Below the pieces are notes generated by a model. It did not search any database. It was not told the DNA's origin and saw only the letters and a list, made by a program, of their open reading frames with translations. This document shows positions 37,614 to 50,479 of a stretch of DNA of 64,000 nt, one piece after another; position 1 is the first letter of the stretch, and every line of letters begins with the position of its first letter. The stretch is from NCBI GenBank assembly GCA_964016885.1, contig OZ024744.1, positions 59,148,001-59,212,000 of the forward strand. The letters run 5' to 3'. The position numbers were made by a program, and so were the translations under genes. The stretch comes from Eledone cirrhosa (lineage: Eukaryota).

Positions 37614-37750
37614 GCCGAGGTTACGGCCCTTTACATTCTGAATTCAAATCCTGTCGAGGTTAGCTTTACCTTTCAGCTTTACGGGGTCGATAAAATAAAG
37701 TACCAGTAATGTACTGGAGTAATTGCTGGCCTTGTGCCAAAAGTAGAAAT
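37614..37750 (+). mobile_element. Meta/MESC-like SINE fragment
   Basis: GGGGTCGATAAAATAAAGTACCAG core. Confidence 0.75.
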
Positions 37751-38066
37751 ATAGAAAGTTGTATTAATGTGACAAGACATTTTACTGTTATATCAGGGTA
37801 ATTTGTCTGCTATTTCTAGCATGTCGTAAAACTCTTGTTTGTTCACACACACACATACACATGCACACACACACACACATACATATATTCATACATACAT
37901 ACATATGTACGTACATACGTACATACATACACACTTACATGCAAACACACACATATATAGATACATGCGTACGTACGTATGTACATACATACATACTTAC
38001 ATACATGCATACATACATACATGCATGCATGCATGCATGCATACATACATATATACATACATACAT

Positions 38067-38304
38067 AAAAAATTTTGCATCTAATAACTGCATATACACA
38101 TGTACAGATACAAAGCATATACACATGCACACATACAACTCAAAACATCCACATCCACACATACAATAACATCCATATCTACACATGCATGCATATCTAC
38201 CTAGTTGATGTTGTGTAAATTCCAATGAGAGAGTCTTGTGTCTATGTTAGAAACCGACTCTCTCTCTATTGGTAAAACTTTGTGAAATTATAAAACCAGA
38301 AAAA
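38067..38304 (+). mobile_element. Short 3' copy of the Dong-like LINE
   Basis: Matches 39658-39903; lies between (CATA)n tracts. Confidence 0.85.
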
Positions 38305-38328
38305 CATACATACATACATACATACATA

Positions 38329-39903
38329 GGGGCTAGATGAGAACATATCCTATAATGGTATCTGTAATAAAGAACGTGTAACCAGGGAATACTACACCCG
38401 ATTAAGAAAGATCTGGTCATCGGAACTCTCTGCGCAAAACAAAACAGTGGCTCACAATGTGTTTGATGTGCCTGTCCTAACACCAACGTTTGGAATACTC
38501 AATTGGACGATAGATGTAATCCGAGCAGTTGATGTTGGAACTCGAAAAATACTGAACAACACCGGAAACTTCCACATCAACAGTGACATAGACCGCCTTT
38601 ACTTGAAACGTAAGCAGGGAGGCAGAGGCCTAACATCAGTCCAGACAACATTTGAATGTTGCATCATATCTCTCCAACAACATCTACGAACCTCGAAGCG
38701 TAGGAGCCCGTTTCTCGAGCAAGTCTATCTGCATGAAACAGATAAGATCATGAGAGTTGGGAAGGAACTCCTTGAGAGATATTCCCTGTGTGATAATCAA
38801 AAACTCACACCCAGGGATGTCACTCAGCAGTATCGCAGTGAATCCATGGATGAAAAACTGCATGCCTATCAGCAAAAAATCATGCATGGATATGTTGCCA
38901 GGAAGCTCCAGAGTGAGAGTAATATAGATAAGGAAAGTAGTCTATCTTGGACCAACAACCGCTATATTGGCTCCCACTTTGAAGGATATGCTTTTGCAAT
39001 CCAGGAACAGGAGATTAGCACGAAATACCTGATTCACAAAAGAGATAGGGATGCAGGCAAAACACCTAGATGTGATAACAAGTGCAGACTCTGCAGAACT
39101 AACATCGAGGATATCACCCATGTCATCAGCAGCTGTCCAAAGATGTCATCGCGGTACTATCTACCTATGAGGCATGATGTAGTGGCCAAAACACTGTACA
39201 ATGCAGTTCGTATAAAGATAGCCCCGATAATAAACACATTAAAAGCTACAACAATGTGGAAGACATCCAAGTACATAATATGAAAGAGTACTGGTGGAAT
39301 GTTCCAGTAAAAACCCCAATAAAATGCAGGCATAACAGACCAGATATTATGATATGGGACAGGGAGAAGAAAGCATGCACAGTAGTGGAAATTAGTTGCC
39401 CAGCAGATGCCAATATAATATCAAAGATTAGTGAAAAGGAGAATATTTATGCAGAACTGATGAGAAATCTGCAGATACTCCACCCTGATTACACCTTCAG
39501 ATTTATGCCTGTGATTATTGGGGCACTGGGATATGTTAGTAACTGCCTCAATACAAATCTTGAGAAGCTAGGCTTCACAGGAACAGAAAGAACACAACTA
39601 GTTAGGAAACTACAAGTACAATCCATTAATGGAACAGTAAAAATATGTAAAACATTCCAAATATTTTGCATCTAATAACTGCATATACACATGTACAGAT
39701 ACAAAGCATATACACATGCACACATACAACTCAAAACATCCACATCCACACATACAATAACATCCATATCTACACATGCATGCATACATACATATCTACC
39801 TAGTTGATGTTGTGTAAATTCCAATGAGAGAGTCTTGTGTCTATGTTAGAAACCGACTCTCTCTCTATTGGTAAAACTTTGTGAAATTATAAAACCAGAA
39901 GAA
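38329..39903 (+). mobile_element. 5'-truncated R4/Dong-clade RLE LINE (RT thumb, CCHC, RLE, 3'UTR)
   Basis: RLYLKRKQGGRGL; AIQEQEI; CRLC..EDITHVISSC; RHDVVA; HNRPDIMIWD..VEISCP. One frameshift near 39230. (CATA)n on both sides. Confidence 0.9.
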
Positions 39904-39966
39904 CATACATACATACATACATACATACATACATACATACATACATACATACATACATACATACAT

Positions 39967-40998
39967 GGTGGCTGCCAACTCGTTTTCGAGTACGGCCACT
40001 ACTTTATATCCATGTAGGAGAACGCCTACCGATGCGCTGAACGAGTGTGACTTTTCAGTCCAGCCAGCGACCTGAAAACTCTGGTACAAACACTACTCTT
40101 GTGACAATTATTGACACATAGTGCTGGGCCCATGGTACCATGTGAGGACAAGTGCAGAGAGATCTCCAGATATAAAGCAATGCCTGTGCCGTGAAGCTTT
40201 TATAGTGAGCAAAGGCACTGCACATACATACATGGTGGCTGCCAACTCGTTTTCGAGTACGGCCACTACTTTATATCCATGTAGGAGAACCCCTACCGAT
40301 GCGCTGAACGAGTGTGACTTTTTAGTCCAGCCAGCGACTTGAAAACTCTGGTACAAACACTACACTTGTGACAATTATTGACACATAGTGCTTTACCTTT
40401 GGTACCATGTGAGGACAAGTGCAGAGAGATCTCCAGATATAAAGCAATGCCTGTGCCGTGAAGCTTTTATAGTGAGCAAAGGTACTGCACATACATACAT
40501 GGTGGCTGCCAACTCGTTTTCGAGTACGGCCACTACTTTATATCCATGTAGGAGAACCCCTACCGATGCGCTGAACGAGTGTGACTTTTCAGTCCAGCCA
40601 GCGACCTGAAAACTCTGGTACAAACACTACACTTGTGACAATTATTGACACTTAGTGCTGGGGCCATGGTATCATGTGAGGACAAGTGCAGAGAGATCTC
40701 CAGATATAAAGCAATGCCTGTGCCGTGAAGCTTTTATAGTGAGCAAAGGCACTGCACAAAGCCAGTCCCACTCTCTTAACCAAGATGATATTTACCAAAA
40801 AGAAGAACAAGTCAACATCATTGGATACCATCAGGGTTGCAGGTGTTATATCAGAGTTTTCCTTCTCCTAGAATTCTGCCTTGACAAAGGCTAAGGGGTC
40901 ATCTCTCCCAGTGATTCTGGATGGCCATTGACTCTTAAGAGCTCCTTTGCCCTTTGACAGGTTTTGTTTTTAGTCCTGCAGGATGTCCAAAGTCACCC
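39967..40998 (-). mobile_element. Three tandem copies of the RTE-derived bipartite element (39967-40222, 40234-40489, 40501-40998)
   Basis: Direct repeats with a 267-bp period, separated by short CATA runs. Confidence 0.85.
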
Positions 40999-41235
40999 TA
41001 CATACATACATACATACATACATACATACATACATACATACATACATACATACATACATACATACATACATACATACATACATACATACATACAGATAAT
41101 ATTGTTATTTATTATAGGAAATCAAAAGCAAATGAATGTGACTGCAAGAAGGGAGGTAATAAAGGTATGTATGTTGATGTAAATGTACATTTTGTAGTAT
41201 CTGAATAAAATGCAGACAATTTTCTCTCACGGCTA

Positions 41236-41297
<62 letters not shown>

Positions 41298-41349
41298 ATA
41301 TATATATATACATATATATATGTATATATATATGTGTGTGTGTATGAAT

Positions 41350-41380
<31 letters not shown>

Positions 41381-41531
41381 CTGTTTTACGTCCATATATA
41401 AACTTAAGAAAATTAACTAAGGAGGCCAAGACGGTGGTTGGGTAGCTTCGTGGCTTACTGAAGACGATACCAAAATCAGCAGTCTATTATGCTAAGGGAG
41501 AGTGTATATATTGAAAACAAACCGCTCTTTT

Positions 41532-41578
<47 letters not shown>

Positions 41579-42379
41579 AACAAATAGTAGAAAGGAAAAA
41601 GATTCTTTCAGTAGAAATTGTTGAAGAGATTTTTATGTTTTGTCAATTGCGGATATGCAGAATATTGTTAAGTTGCATATTTGTACAAATAGTGATAATA
41701 ATAATAATAAAAATAAAAAGGGAAGAAAAATTAATTTTCACATACATGTTCATTCAGAGAAGAGAGTTCATTTCTCTGTCCATCCTTCTCTGCTTATAGC
41801 TTGGTTGGGACTGGTAGTAGGAGAGGGTAGAAGAAGGAGGGGAGAGGAGAAGAAGAAGGAGGAGGAGGCAGGGGATAGTTGTGTTGGCAGACTGCTGTGA
41901 GAGACCCTTTGAGGAGTGGATACAAGGTCTAGCTAGGATTGGTTTGAAAGGCCGGGTGACCTTAGAGTTGACTTGCTGTGATTGTTTCTAAAAAATCTAT
42001 CTTGGTATTTATTCTTAGAAGAAATCATCAACATTGACCTTGTTTTATTGCCACAAAGATTCAGAGTTATTGAAATACTAATTCCATTCCTAGCAGAAAT
42101 TTCAGATTTAGGGGAATGGAGAAACTTTTTCCACAAAAAGGGGTTCAGAGCCACTGGAATACCCATTCTATCTTTAGCAGAAACCTTCAGATTCAGGGGA
42201 ATGTAAAGCATTTAGTTTGACACCTGAATGCTTCCATTTATCCGATTATCTTCGTGGAAGTCCTCCAGGACTTGCTAATGTGGGTATTACTATGTGGTTG
42301 CTTGGTCTACATTATATAGTTGTCAGAGGTTGCTGGAATCTTGGAGAAGGATACATTGCTAAAGGGTTAATTTTTCTAG

Positions 42380-44815
42380 GGTGTTAATTTTAAAGTGTGC
42401 CAGCTTTAGTTTAGTCCAAAGTGGAGGCACTTAGAAAGGGTTCTTATTTGGTGATACATTGTGATTCCTTGCTAATGCGCTGGATGTAGGAAGCGTTGTC
42501 TTTAAATTTGTAGATGGGAAAAATTCTAGAATTGGGTTGTTCATTAGATGCACAGGTCGCAATGTGTTCACTCTGCTATCTTTCTGTATTCCCGTATTTT
42601 GATTTTGGATCTATGGACGGTCATACGTTGTCGGAGGCTATTTTTGGTCTGTCCTATGTAGTGCTCTTGACAACCTGAGCAGGTCAACACATAGACCAGG
42701 TTTTCTGATGCACATGTGAAATTGTATTTAACTGTAAAGTGTTGTCCTTGTTTGAAATGGAACTCCAATCCCTCTATTAGATAGATACATATACCACAGA
42801 TGGGTCTTCGGCATTTTTTTACTGTAGGGTTTATTGTGAGGGTCGGCTGGACTTTGGCTTGTGTAAGGATATTTTTTATTGATTTCGGTTGTCTTTTGCT
42901 CTTTATGATATTGTGCATTTGGAGGAATTGATTCATTCTTAGGTTTCTTTTTAGTAAGGATATGTTTTGGAGGATGGTGTCGAATGCCTCATTGTTAAGG
43001 GGGTTGTGTGTGGAGATGTATGGTAGAGTTTTCAGTTTTGATTCGTTCCTTGGGGTGTCTAAGTTCCTGGATGTTGAGTTTTAGAGCATGTTAGAATCCA
43101 TTGTTGATTAGGGATGGTGGGTAATTCCTGCTAATAAGTGTGTTCTTTAATTCTTCTAGTCGTATGTAACATATATATTTATCAGATACTATTGTGCAGA
43201 TCCTTTTGGCTAGGTTGTAAGGAATGCTCATTTTGGTGTGTCTAGGGTGGCATGAGTTGAATGGAAGATACTGTTTGGAATCTGTGGGTTTATAGTATAT
43301 GTCTGTTTCTAATTTGTTGTTGGTTTTCTTGATAAGGATGTCGAGGAAAGGAAGTTGTTCATGGCTGTATTCCATTGTAAATTGAATGTTTGTGTTGAGT
43401 CCATTTAGAAGTGTTTTAAATTCAATAAGTCTTTCTGTACTTTCATGCCAGAAGATGAAGCAATCATCCAGATATCTCTTCCAGTTTTTTCTATGTGGAG
43501 GTAGAGGGGGTTTCCGTATTTATCTAGTACTTTTCGGTAGAGGGTGATTTCCAAGTATCCCATAACAAGGTTGGCGTAAAAGGGGGCCGTTTTCGTGCCC
43601 ATGGCAGTGCCGGATTTCTGTCTGTAGAGTTTGGCATCGAATTCTCCATAAGAACTACCCACTCCCTTAATCTGCCTCTTTGATTGTTAAAATGTTATCA
43701 TTCTTTAAACTGTTCAGCTCATCCCATTCTTTCTAGTTGAGGTTTGGCTTGTGTTTATGTCTGTGTAGGTGTTGATATGGGTAATTTGCAAAGTGTTTAC
43801 AGAATTGGTCAAGGAATTTTTACTTACCCTTTGATGGGGTGTAGTTGCTTCTATTTCTAGCTAGTGAGTCATCCTCATTGTACTTGTCGTGTAGTTCCTC
43901 GCTAAGTCTTAGTTTTCTACAGAATTCCGCAATGTCCTCCTTCATTTCGGGGTAGTTTGGGCGTTGGGGGGGTCGGTGTAAAATTTAGCCCTTTGTAGAG
44001 TATGTTGATTTGGTCTGTTGTTAGTTCTTTAGTGGCTAAATTACTTTTGGTCTCTCTTGTATGTCTTGTGTCATCTCGTTTCCCTGTGTCTGTGTACTGG
44101 GTCTAAAAAATGATTAAGATAGTTGTGATGGTTGTTGATGTTGGGTTGTCTCCTGTGGTTGTATTGTTCCCTGCTGTTGTTATTGAAGGTTCGGGTTCGT
44201 GGATGTGGGTTGATTAGGGTGTCTCTGTGTCCCAATATATCATGTGTGGTAGTTGTGTTTTAGGGGCCCTTCGTTGCTGAATATATCGAGTGGTTTGGGT
44301 TTGTTGTGTGTAGAGGTGGGGGAGGGGGGGGGGGGTTGTAAGAATGGAGGTTTCCTTGGTATCTCCTAGTAGGAGAGGAGCTGTAATGTCCATCTTGGAG
44401 GTGATGTTTTCTTATTTCTTTGTGTGTTGCAGGGGTGTCTGCGTAGTTGCTGTGTGCGGTTGGGTTCAGAGGTAAGGGTAAGGTGTTGCCATCTTTTGGG
44501 GGTAGGAGGGAGGGGGTTGTTGAACAGTGTTTGAGTGGTGTTTAGGTTTTCTTGTTTTTATGAAGGGGTTGTTGGAACGTATTCTGTTTGAAAGATTGTT
44601 CCATAGTTTAAGAACAAGTTTTGCTTTTTTCCCAGCGTTGAAGGGGATTTCAGTTCCTCCTTGTTGCAATCCTCTATCCATAGTTTAAAGATATTTTCTA
44701 GGTTGGTGCTTTGAGTCTTTTTGTTAATTTTATCCTCATTTGTCTGAGCTCTCAATTTTAGAAGTTCAATTTCTGTCTTCATTTGTTCCAGTGCCATTTT
44801 TTCCCTAAGTCGTCT
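42380..44815 (-). mobile_element. Penelope-like element (RT plus C-terminal GIY-YIG), disrupted
   Basis: YRQKSGTAMGTKTAPFYANL; KRYLDDCF; LPFLD..YYKPTD..SCHP; CRRPICGIC..NLVYVLTCSGCQEHYIGQT..LRQRMTVH. Confidence 0.9.
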
Positions 44816-44889
44816 TAGTGCACTCTGTAAGGTGGTTATGTTGGTGACAAAAGAAAAATACAGTGAGTCCATACTGTAGGGTTGTCGTG

Positions 44890-45112
44890 CTGGTAACACG
44901 ACAAAAAAGTGCACACTCCACCCTGTTGTTTTTGTGCCATGATAAATAGCACCCAATCAATTCTGTAACATGATTGGCATTAAGAAGGGCATTAAGCTGT
45001 AGAAACCAAGCCAAAATTCATATCCATATGAGTAAGATGCGATCACCTGTCCTTATTTGTCTCATATCATGACAACCCGTCTAACCCATGCAAGCGTGGT
45101 GAAATAGACGTC
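44890..45112 (+). mobile_element. RTE-related SINE tail family copy
   Basis: TTGGCATTAAGAAGGGCAT..GCTGTAGAAACC and CCCATGCAAGCGTGG terminal motifs. Confidence 0.55.
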
Positions 45113-45149
45113 ATATATATATATATTTAACTCATCATCATAATCATCA

Positions 45150-45829
45150 TCACCGTTTTACGTCCGTTCTTCCATGCTAGCATGGGTTAGATGGGTTGTC
45201 CCGTTGTGGGCAGTGTCTGGTCGGCTGACCATGCCTTGCTCATACAGGAACTGATTTTGGCTTGATTTCTACAGCTGGATGCCCTTCCTAACACCATCCT
45301 CATTTACAGTGAGTGCTGAGTGCTTTTTTCCGTGGCGCCTACATGCCCACTTTACAGTGTGGGCTGGGTGCTTTTTTGCCGTGGCACCTCCACGACCACC
45401 ATTCAATGGGAGGCTGTGGGGGCATATTGTCTATATGCTTCAGCTTGTACCCATGGGAGGTCGGGTACTCTGTATTACTGCGTGATGCCAGAGGTCACGG
45501 TCATGTGTCATCGCCTTTGAGAGGTGTAATTGGGTAAGGTCAGCTTTTATCACCCCATCCCAGGTCTTCTTGGGTCTCCCCACTCCGCAGTTTCCATTGA
45601 CTTCTAGTGCTCTGCACCTTTTTATGCAGCTGTCATCCTTCATACGCATCACATGTCCATACCAACGCAACTGCCTCTCCTGCACGCAGCATTTGATTCC
45701 TCTAATGCTCAGTCTCTCTCTCAATTCATTTATGCTTTGTCGTTCGCGTATATTACTGTTACACATCCATCGGAGCATGCAGGCTTCATTTCTTTCTAAT
45801 CTATGTAAGTCTTCCACCTTCAGCGTCAA
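45150..45829 (-). mobile_element. RTE LINE 3' end (ORF C-terminus, 3' module, (GAT)n)
   Basis: LERNEACMLRWMC..ELRERL..LRWYGHVMRM..GRPKKTW. Confidence 0.85.
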
Positions 45830-45957
45830 TAATTGAAAAACATTGATTGTCAGTTAAATTAACTATAGTGATATAAAATAGACGGAAGCGAAAACCAACC
45901 CCGATAAAAGCGTGCTTTATTATATATTTCTGGCAATAAAATAACAATATGACCCTC

Positions 45958-45960
<3 letters not shown>
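45830..45960. repeat. Diverged copy of the arm sequence at 51900-52030
   Basis: Shares GAAGCGAAAACCAACC and TCTGGCAAT..AATATGACCCTCCC; abuts (TA)n. Confidence 0.6.
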
Positions 45961-46042
<82 letters not shown>

Positions 46043-46047
<5 letters not shown>

Positions 46048-46225
46048 GGGTAATAATAAATATTACCCAGTTACAAGTATGAAAATAGCTCGATGTAAAA
46101 TAACAGGTATACTACAGAGCCGAAATACAATGTAAATGACGAGTGAAAAGAGTGTTTAAAATATTTAATCACTTACAATCGTTTCATCTTAGCACAAGGC
46201 CGGATTCATCGATCCTAGACCATAC

Positions 46226-46315
<90 letters not shown>

Positions 46316-46330
46316 GTATGGTCTAGGACT
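46043..46330. mobile_element. (TA)n-embedded PLE-like terminal fragment with short inverted arms and a truncated hammerhead-like motif
   Basis: CCTAGACCATACCCA..(TA)n..TGGGTATGGTCTAGG. Minus strand at 46170-46210 reads GATGA-ATC..GAT-GAAAC-GATT-GTA. Confidence 0.5.
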
Positions 46331-46346
46331 GTTTTAAGCTAAAATT

Positions 46347-46700
46347 CTAATTGCACCTCTCCTTATTTAGACATCCTATCATGAAAACCACCACAGCACT
46401 AGCAAGAAGGGTCTGGCAGCTAAAAGAAAAAGGAATACCGCATGACATTACATGGAAACTGCTTGAAAAGTCCATGCCATATAAAAACGGTAGCAAGAAA
46501 TGCCTGCTCTGTGTAAGTGAAAAATTTATACTCACCGGATAGATACTTCAACTCAAAACAAAAATCTGCTTGCATCAAACGCCAACTTTTTATCCAACTG
46601 GAAACCTACACTGCAAGGCGCCCTCTCACCTGATTTGCTGAATCTTCCGTTATACTACTCTAATACCTTTTGACCAGCACACCCCACCCACACAAAATAA
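46347..46700 (+). mobile_element. PLE GIY-YIG C-terminal fragment (a different PLE group)
   Basis: HLSLFRH..TALARRVWQLKEKG..ITWKLLEKSMPYKNGSKKCLLCVSEKFIL. Confidence 0.7.
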
Positions 46701-46799
46701 CAACTTGTTAAGAAAGATCTTAAGATTACAATATTACGTTGTACACGCATACATTTACATCTCAGAATTTAAGTATTGGAGAAACACCAGTTTGTATAT

Positions 46800-46886
<87 letters not shown>

Positions 46887-47364
46887 TAATTATTTGTATT
46901 TTTATCTTAAATTACTTTAACTATTTACAAAATAGTAGAAAATAGTAGAAAAGTCAAAAACCTCGAAAGTTGCCTCCCTTGATCCCCCATTTCAGTCAAG
47001 GAAATCAAAAGCTTGAATAATTATAATACACAGGTAATTCAAGCCAGAATTACCTCCCTTGTTTCCAATATGAAACTTTCCTCTGTTTGGACCAAAAATT
47101 ATTAAGTTTTAAGGGGTTATTTATCGTGTAAATGAGAGGGGGAAGTAACTCTATGATGGGTAAAAAATGAAAAATAAACCTTCAAGTAGGCCATCTTTTA
47201 AGAGGTACGTGAAAGCATGAGGACAGCAATTTACAAAATCTAGACGAGAGTTTAGGGATCTATTGTTGGAAAATTTTCTGAGGATAAACCACATTTCATT
47301 GGAACATAAATTGCTGATTTTTTTATCTGTTTATATACGGCCTACATTTTTCGAGTATTTTCTA

Positions 47365-47600
47365 TTTTATGTGAGACAACTGCAGGATAAGTATTTAGCT
47401 AACAGTAAGCTTTCATTAACCCAGAGAAAGCTTTTGACGAAGCACCTCACCCTTAATTTGAGGGTGTTCTCAGGAAATAGAAGTAAATGAATTGCTTGAG
47501 AGCTGTACAAACCATGTACAGAAATGCGGTCAATGAGTACAGCAATGAATTTAGTGTGCATGTAGGGTATCTACCTGGGCTCTGTCCTCAGCCACATCCT
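47365..47600 (+). mobile_element. Decayed RTE RT fragment
   Basis: VRQLQDKYL..AFINPEKAFD..RAVQTMYRNA..NEFSVHVG..GSVLS. Confidence 0.65.
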
Positions 47601-47619
47601 GTGCACCTTACCTCCCCAC

Positions 47620-48780
47620 GCATATCTTCTCGGGGAACTTGACGCCGCCATTCGACGCTGTGCGGAACTCAGTTTCGACAGCGCAGGCTGGCAACAGGCG
47701 ACACTCCCAGCGAGGTTCGGTGGTCTCGGCCTCCGATCAGATTCGGACCTATCTTTACCTGCCTACCTTGCCTCTATCTTCTGCTGTTGCGCTCTCGTCA
47801 GCGAGGTTCTCAGCCAGACGGCCGAACCTGAGATGGAACAGGCTTTGCCCTACTGAAGACCTCTCTATCTTCCAGTATACTACGGTCCAACGTAACATGG
47901 ACGACATCAATTGCTGGTCTTCTGTCAGGTGGATCGATTCTGGCTTGGACCAACACCGCGTCATCTGCCTCCGCTCCGCTTCTCAGCCCAACAGTGGAGC
48001 GTGGTTCAATTCGCTGCCCTCCTCATCAACCGATACTCTTCTTGATAATAAGTGCAGTCGCATCGGAGTAGCCCAGCGCCTTGGCCTCCGCGTGTGTGTC
48101 ACATAAATGCCGCTGTGGAGTGGTTGTTTACAAGTACGGAGTGTAACCTCTGTCTAGCCGCTAGAGTGCAGGCCGGTTCCCCCGACACGCCGCTCTCAAC
48201 GACATATTGAGAAGAAGCCTGGTCGCAGCTGGCTTTCCATCTCAACTGGAGCTAGCAGGCCTGGACCGAATCAGCCTCTTCTCATTCGAAGGAGGGGCGC
48301 CATCTGCTGTGACACATCTCCGCCTCCAACTTCGTCGCTTTGGCCACAAACCCCGGCATCGCAAAAGAACGTGAAATAAACAAATACCAGGGTTTGTCCG
48401 GCCGCTTCCTCTTCGCATCGGTCGCCGTCGAGACCTCAGGCGTACTTGGACCCGGTATTTCCGAGCTCTTCCGCAAGGTCGGAACGTCAGGTGCCCGTCT
48501 GAGGAGGGAGCCCCACAAGGTTGGGTGGCTGTTGCAGTGGGTGTCACTGGCCATCGTCCGCGGAATGCTTTTGCTGTCTTATCCGCGTGGCGCAGCACTT
48601 CTACCCTCTTGCCCCAGACCCAAAGCCCAGTCATCCTCCCCTTCACACTCACCCTCTCTTCTGCGACACCAGAGCACTTGCCACCGTTCTTTTTTTCTTT
48701 CTTTCTCTCTTTTTTCTCTATACTTCCCTATTCTTTCTTTACTTGTTTCCCTTTTTGTAAAATATTTCCCCTCATTATAG
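47620..48780 (+). mobile_element. CRE-clade RLE non-LTR retrotransposon 3' fragment
   Basis: WQQATLPARFGGLGLR; SGAWFNSLP; KCRCG; [13 protein letters not shown]; FASVAVETSGVLG; SLAIVRGNA. Confidence 0.8.
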
Positions 48781-48785
48781 TTGTC

Positions 48786-49003
48786 AGGTTAACTTTGCCT
48801 TTCATCCCTACGGGGTCGATAAAATAAAGTACCAGTCACGCGCTGAGATAACTGCTGGCCTTGTGCCAAAAGTAGAAACAATTATTGTTATTATTATTCA
48901 AAGTACCAGTAATGCACTGAATAATAGCTGGCCTTGTGTCAAAAGTAGAAACAATTATTGTTACGTCCCTTTACGATCTGAGTTCAAATCCTGCCGAGGT
49001 TAA
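48786..49003 (+). mobile_element. Rearranged Meta/MESC-like SINE pieces
   Basis: Core plus a duplicated 3' part. Confidence 0.7.
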
Positions 49004-49024
49004 CATAATAGTAATAATAATAAT

Positions 49025-49995
49025 AATGAAATTATTGTGTAAAGTACTCAGGTACACTACAACTCGTCAAAGGTGCATGTATAGTACATAGAATAATACA
49101 CAAATGTCAGGGGAGTGAATAGTGTATGAGTCATGGTATACATGTGTGTATGTGTATGGAGGGGGAACATTAGGTGTAGTGTTGGCAAATCTCGGGAAGC
49201 ATGGAGGTTTTAAAGGATGCAGTGTCTTGACAACTAACAACCGAAGCAGGTAGTTTGTTCCATGCTTCAGCAACTCTGAGCGTGAAAAAATGTTTCCGAA
49301 AGTCATGGGAACTGTGCTCTTTTCTGACTTTGTGGGCATGCCCACGTGTGTTAGGCACATGTAAACCAAAAAGGTACTCAGAGTTGTTGTTGGCAAGATG
49401 GTTAACAATTTTGTGGGTGTTTACCAAGTCAGTTGCCAGGCGTCGGAGCTTCAATGTATATCCAAGCCCAGGGAAGCAAGGCGCTCAGAGTATGGTAGAT
49501 GCCTGATGGAGGGTATTCGCTTGGTTGCACCTCTCTGAACAGTTTCCAGGCGGTCAATGTTCTGAGCAAGATAGGGGTTTCAGATTGGTGATGCAAATTC
49601 TAAGTGTGGCCGCACCATAGCCATGTACAGTCTTAAATAGATAGCTGGAGAGCGGCTGACAAAGGTCTTGCTGAGTGATGCTAAGACACCCTCGGCCCTC
49701 TTGGCAATTTTAGAGACGTGCTTCGTCCAACGCAAATCGCTGCTGACTGTAATGCCCAGGTCACGTTCACAAGAAGACTTCTTGATATTAGTGCTGTGGA
49801 GGGAGTATGTTGACGCTGGGTTTTTACTCCCAAAATGCATGGTGGTGCACTTGTCCACAGCTCTGAGATCCATTGTTGCATTGTGTCCAGGTCAGACTGC
49901 AAGCAAGATCAATAGTGTTCAGTATCTATCCCAAGGTACAGCTTGATGTCATCTGCGTACTTTAGTACCGTGGCATTCTTTAAGTTGGTATCTCT
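49025..49995 (-). mobile_element. CR1-clade LINE 3' part with an (ATT)n tail
   Basis: KYADDIKL; ERDLGITVSSDL; LYMAMVRPHLEFA; TRGH; FFTLRVAEAWNKLP. Confidence 0.9.
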
Positions 49996-50092
49996 AACTT
50001 TGCCTTTCATCCTTACGGGGTCGATAAAATAAAGTACCAGTAATGTACTGGATAATTGCTGGCTTTGTGCTAAAAGTAGAAACAATTATTAT
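49996..50092 (+). mobile_element. Meta/MESC-like SINE 3' half
   Basis: Same core as the other copies. Confidence 0.75.
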
Positions 50093-50479
50093 TGTTACTG
50101 TAAATAATATTATGTTTATACTGATTTTATCATAAATAAATTGATGTAACACGTTTTGTTGAACGGAAACAAGCGTTGAAGAAATCAATCACACAACCAC
50201 ACATACACAACACACACCACTTGCTTCACATAACTACATATATCACTCACATAAACAACTACACATCAATACATATACACCAACACACACAACTACACAT
50301 ATACCATTAACACATAAACAACTATACATCAACTGTGTGTGTGTTTACACGCGAGCGTTAGACTTCTTCAGATTTAGTTGTTGATGCTAAAATTCATGCA
50401 TCTTTATTTACAGAAATGAATTCTGAATTTTTAACGCAAGCTACAGCTTTATGTCAAAGGTGAAGCTCTACCATCATTA

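Noticed and set aside
41400-41535. CTGAAGA near a small hairpin beside (TA)n
   Set aside because: No downstream GAAA or UH with pairing stems, so it is not called a hammerhead.
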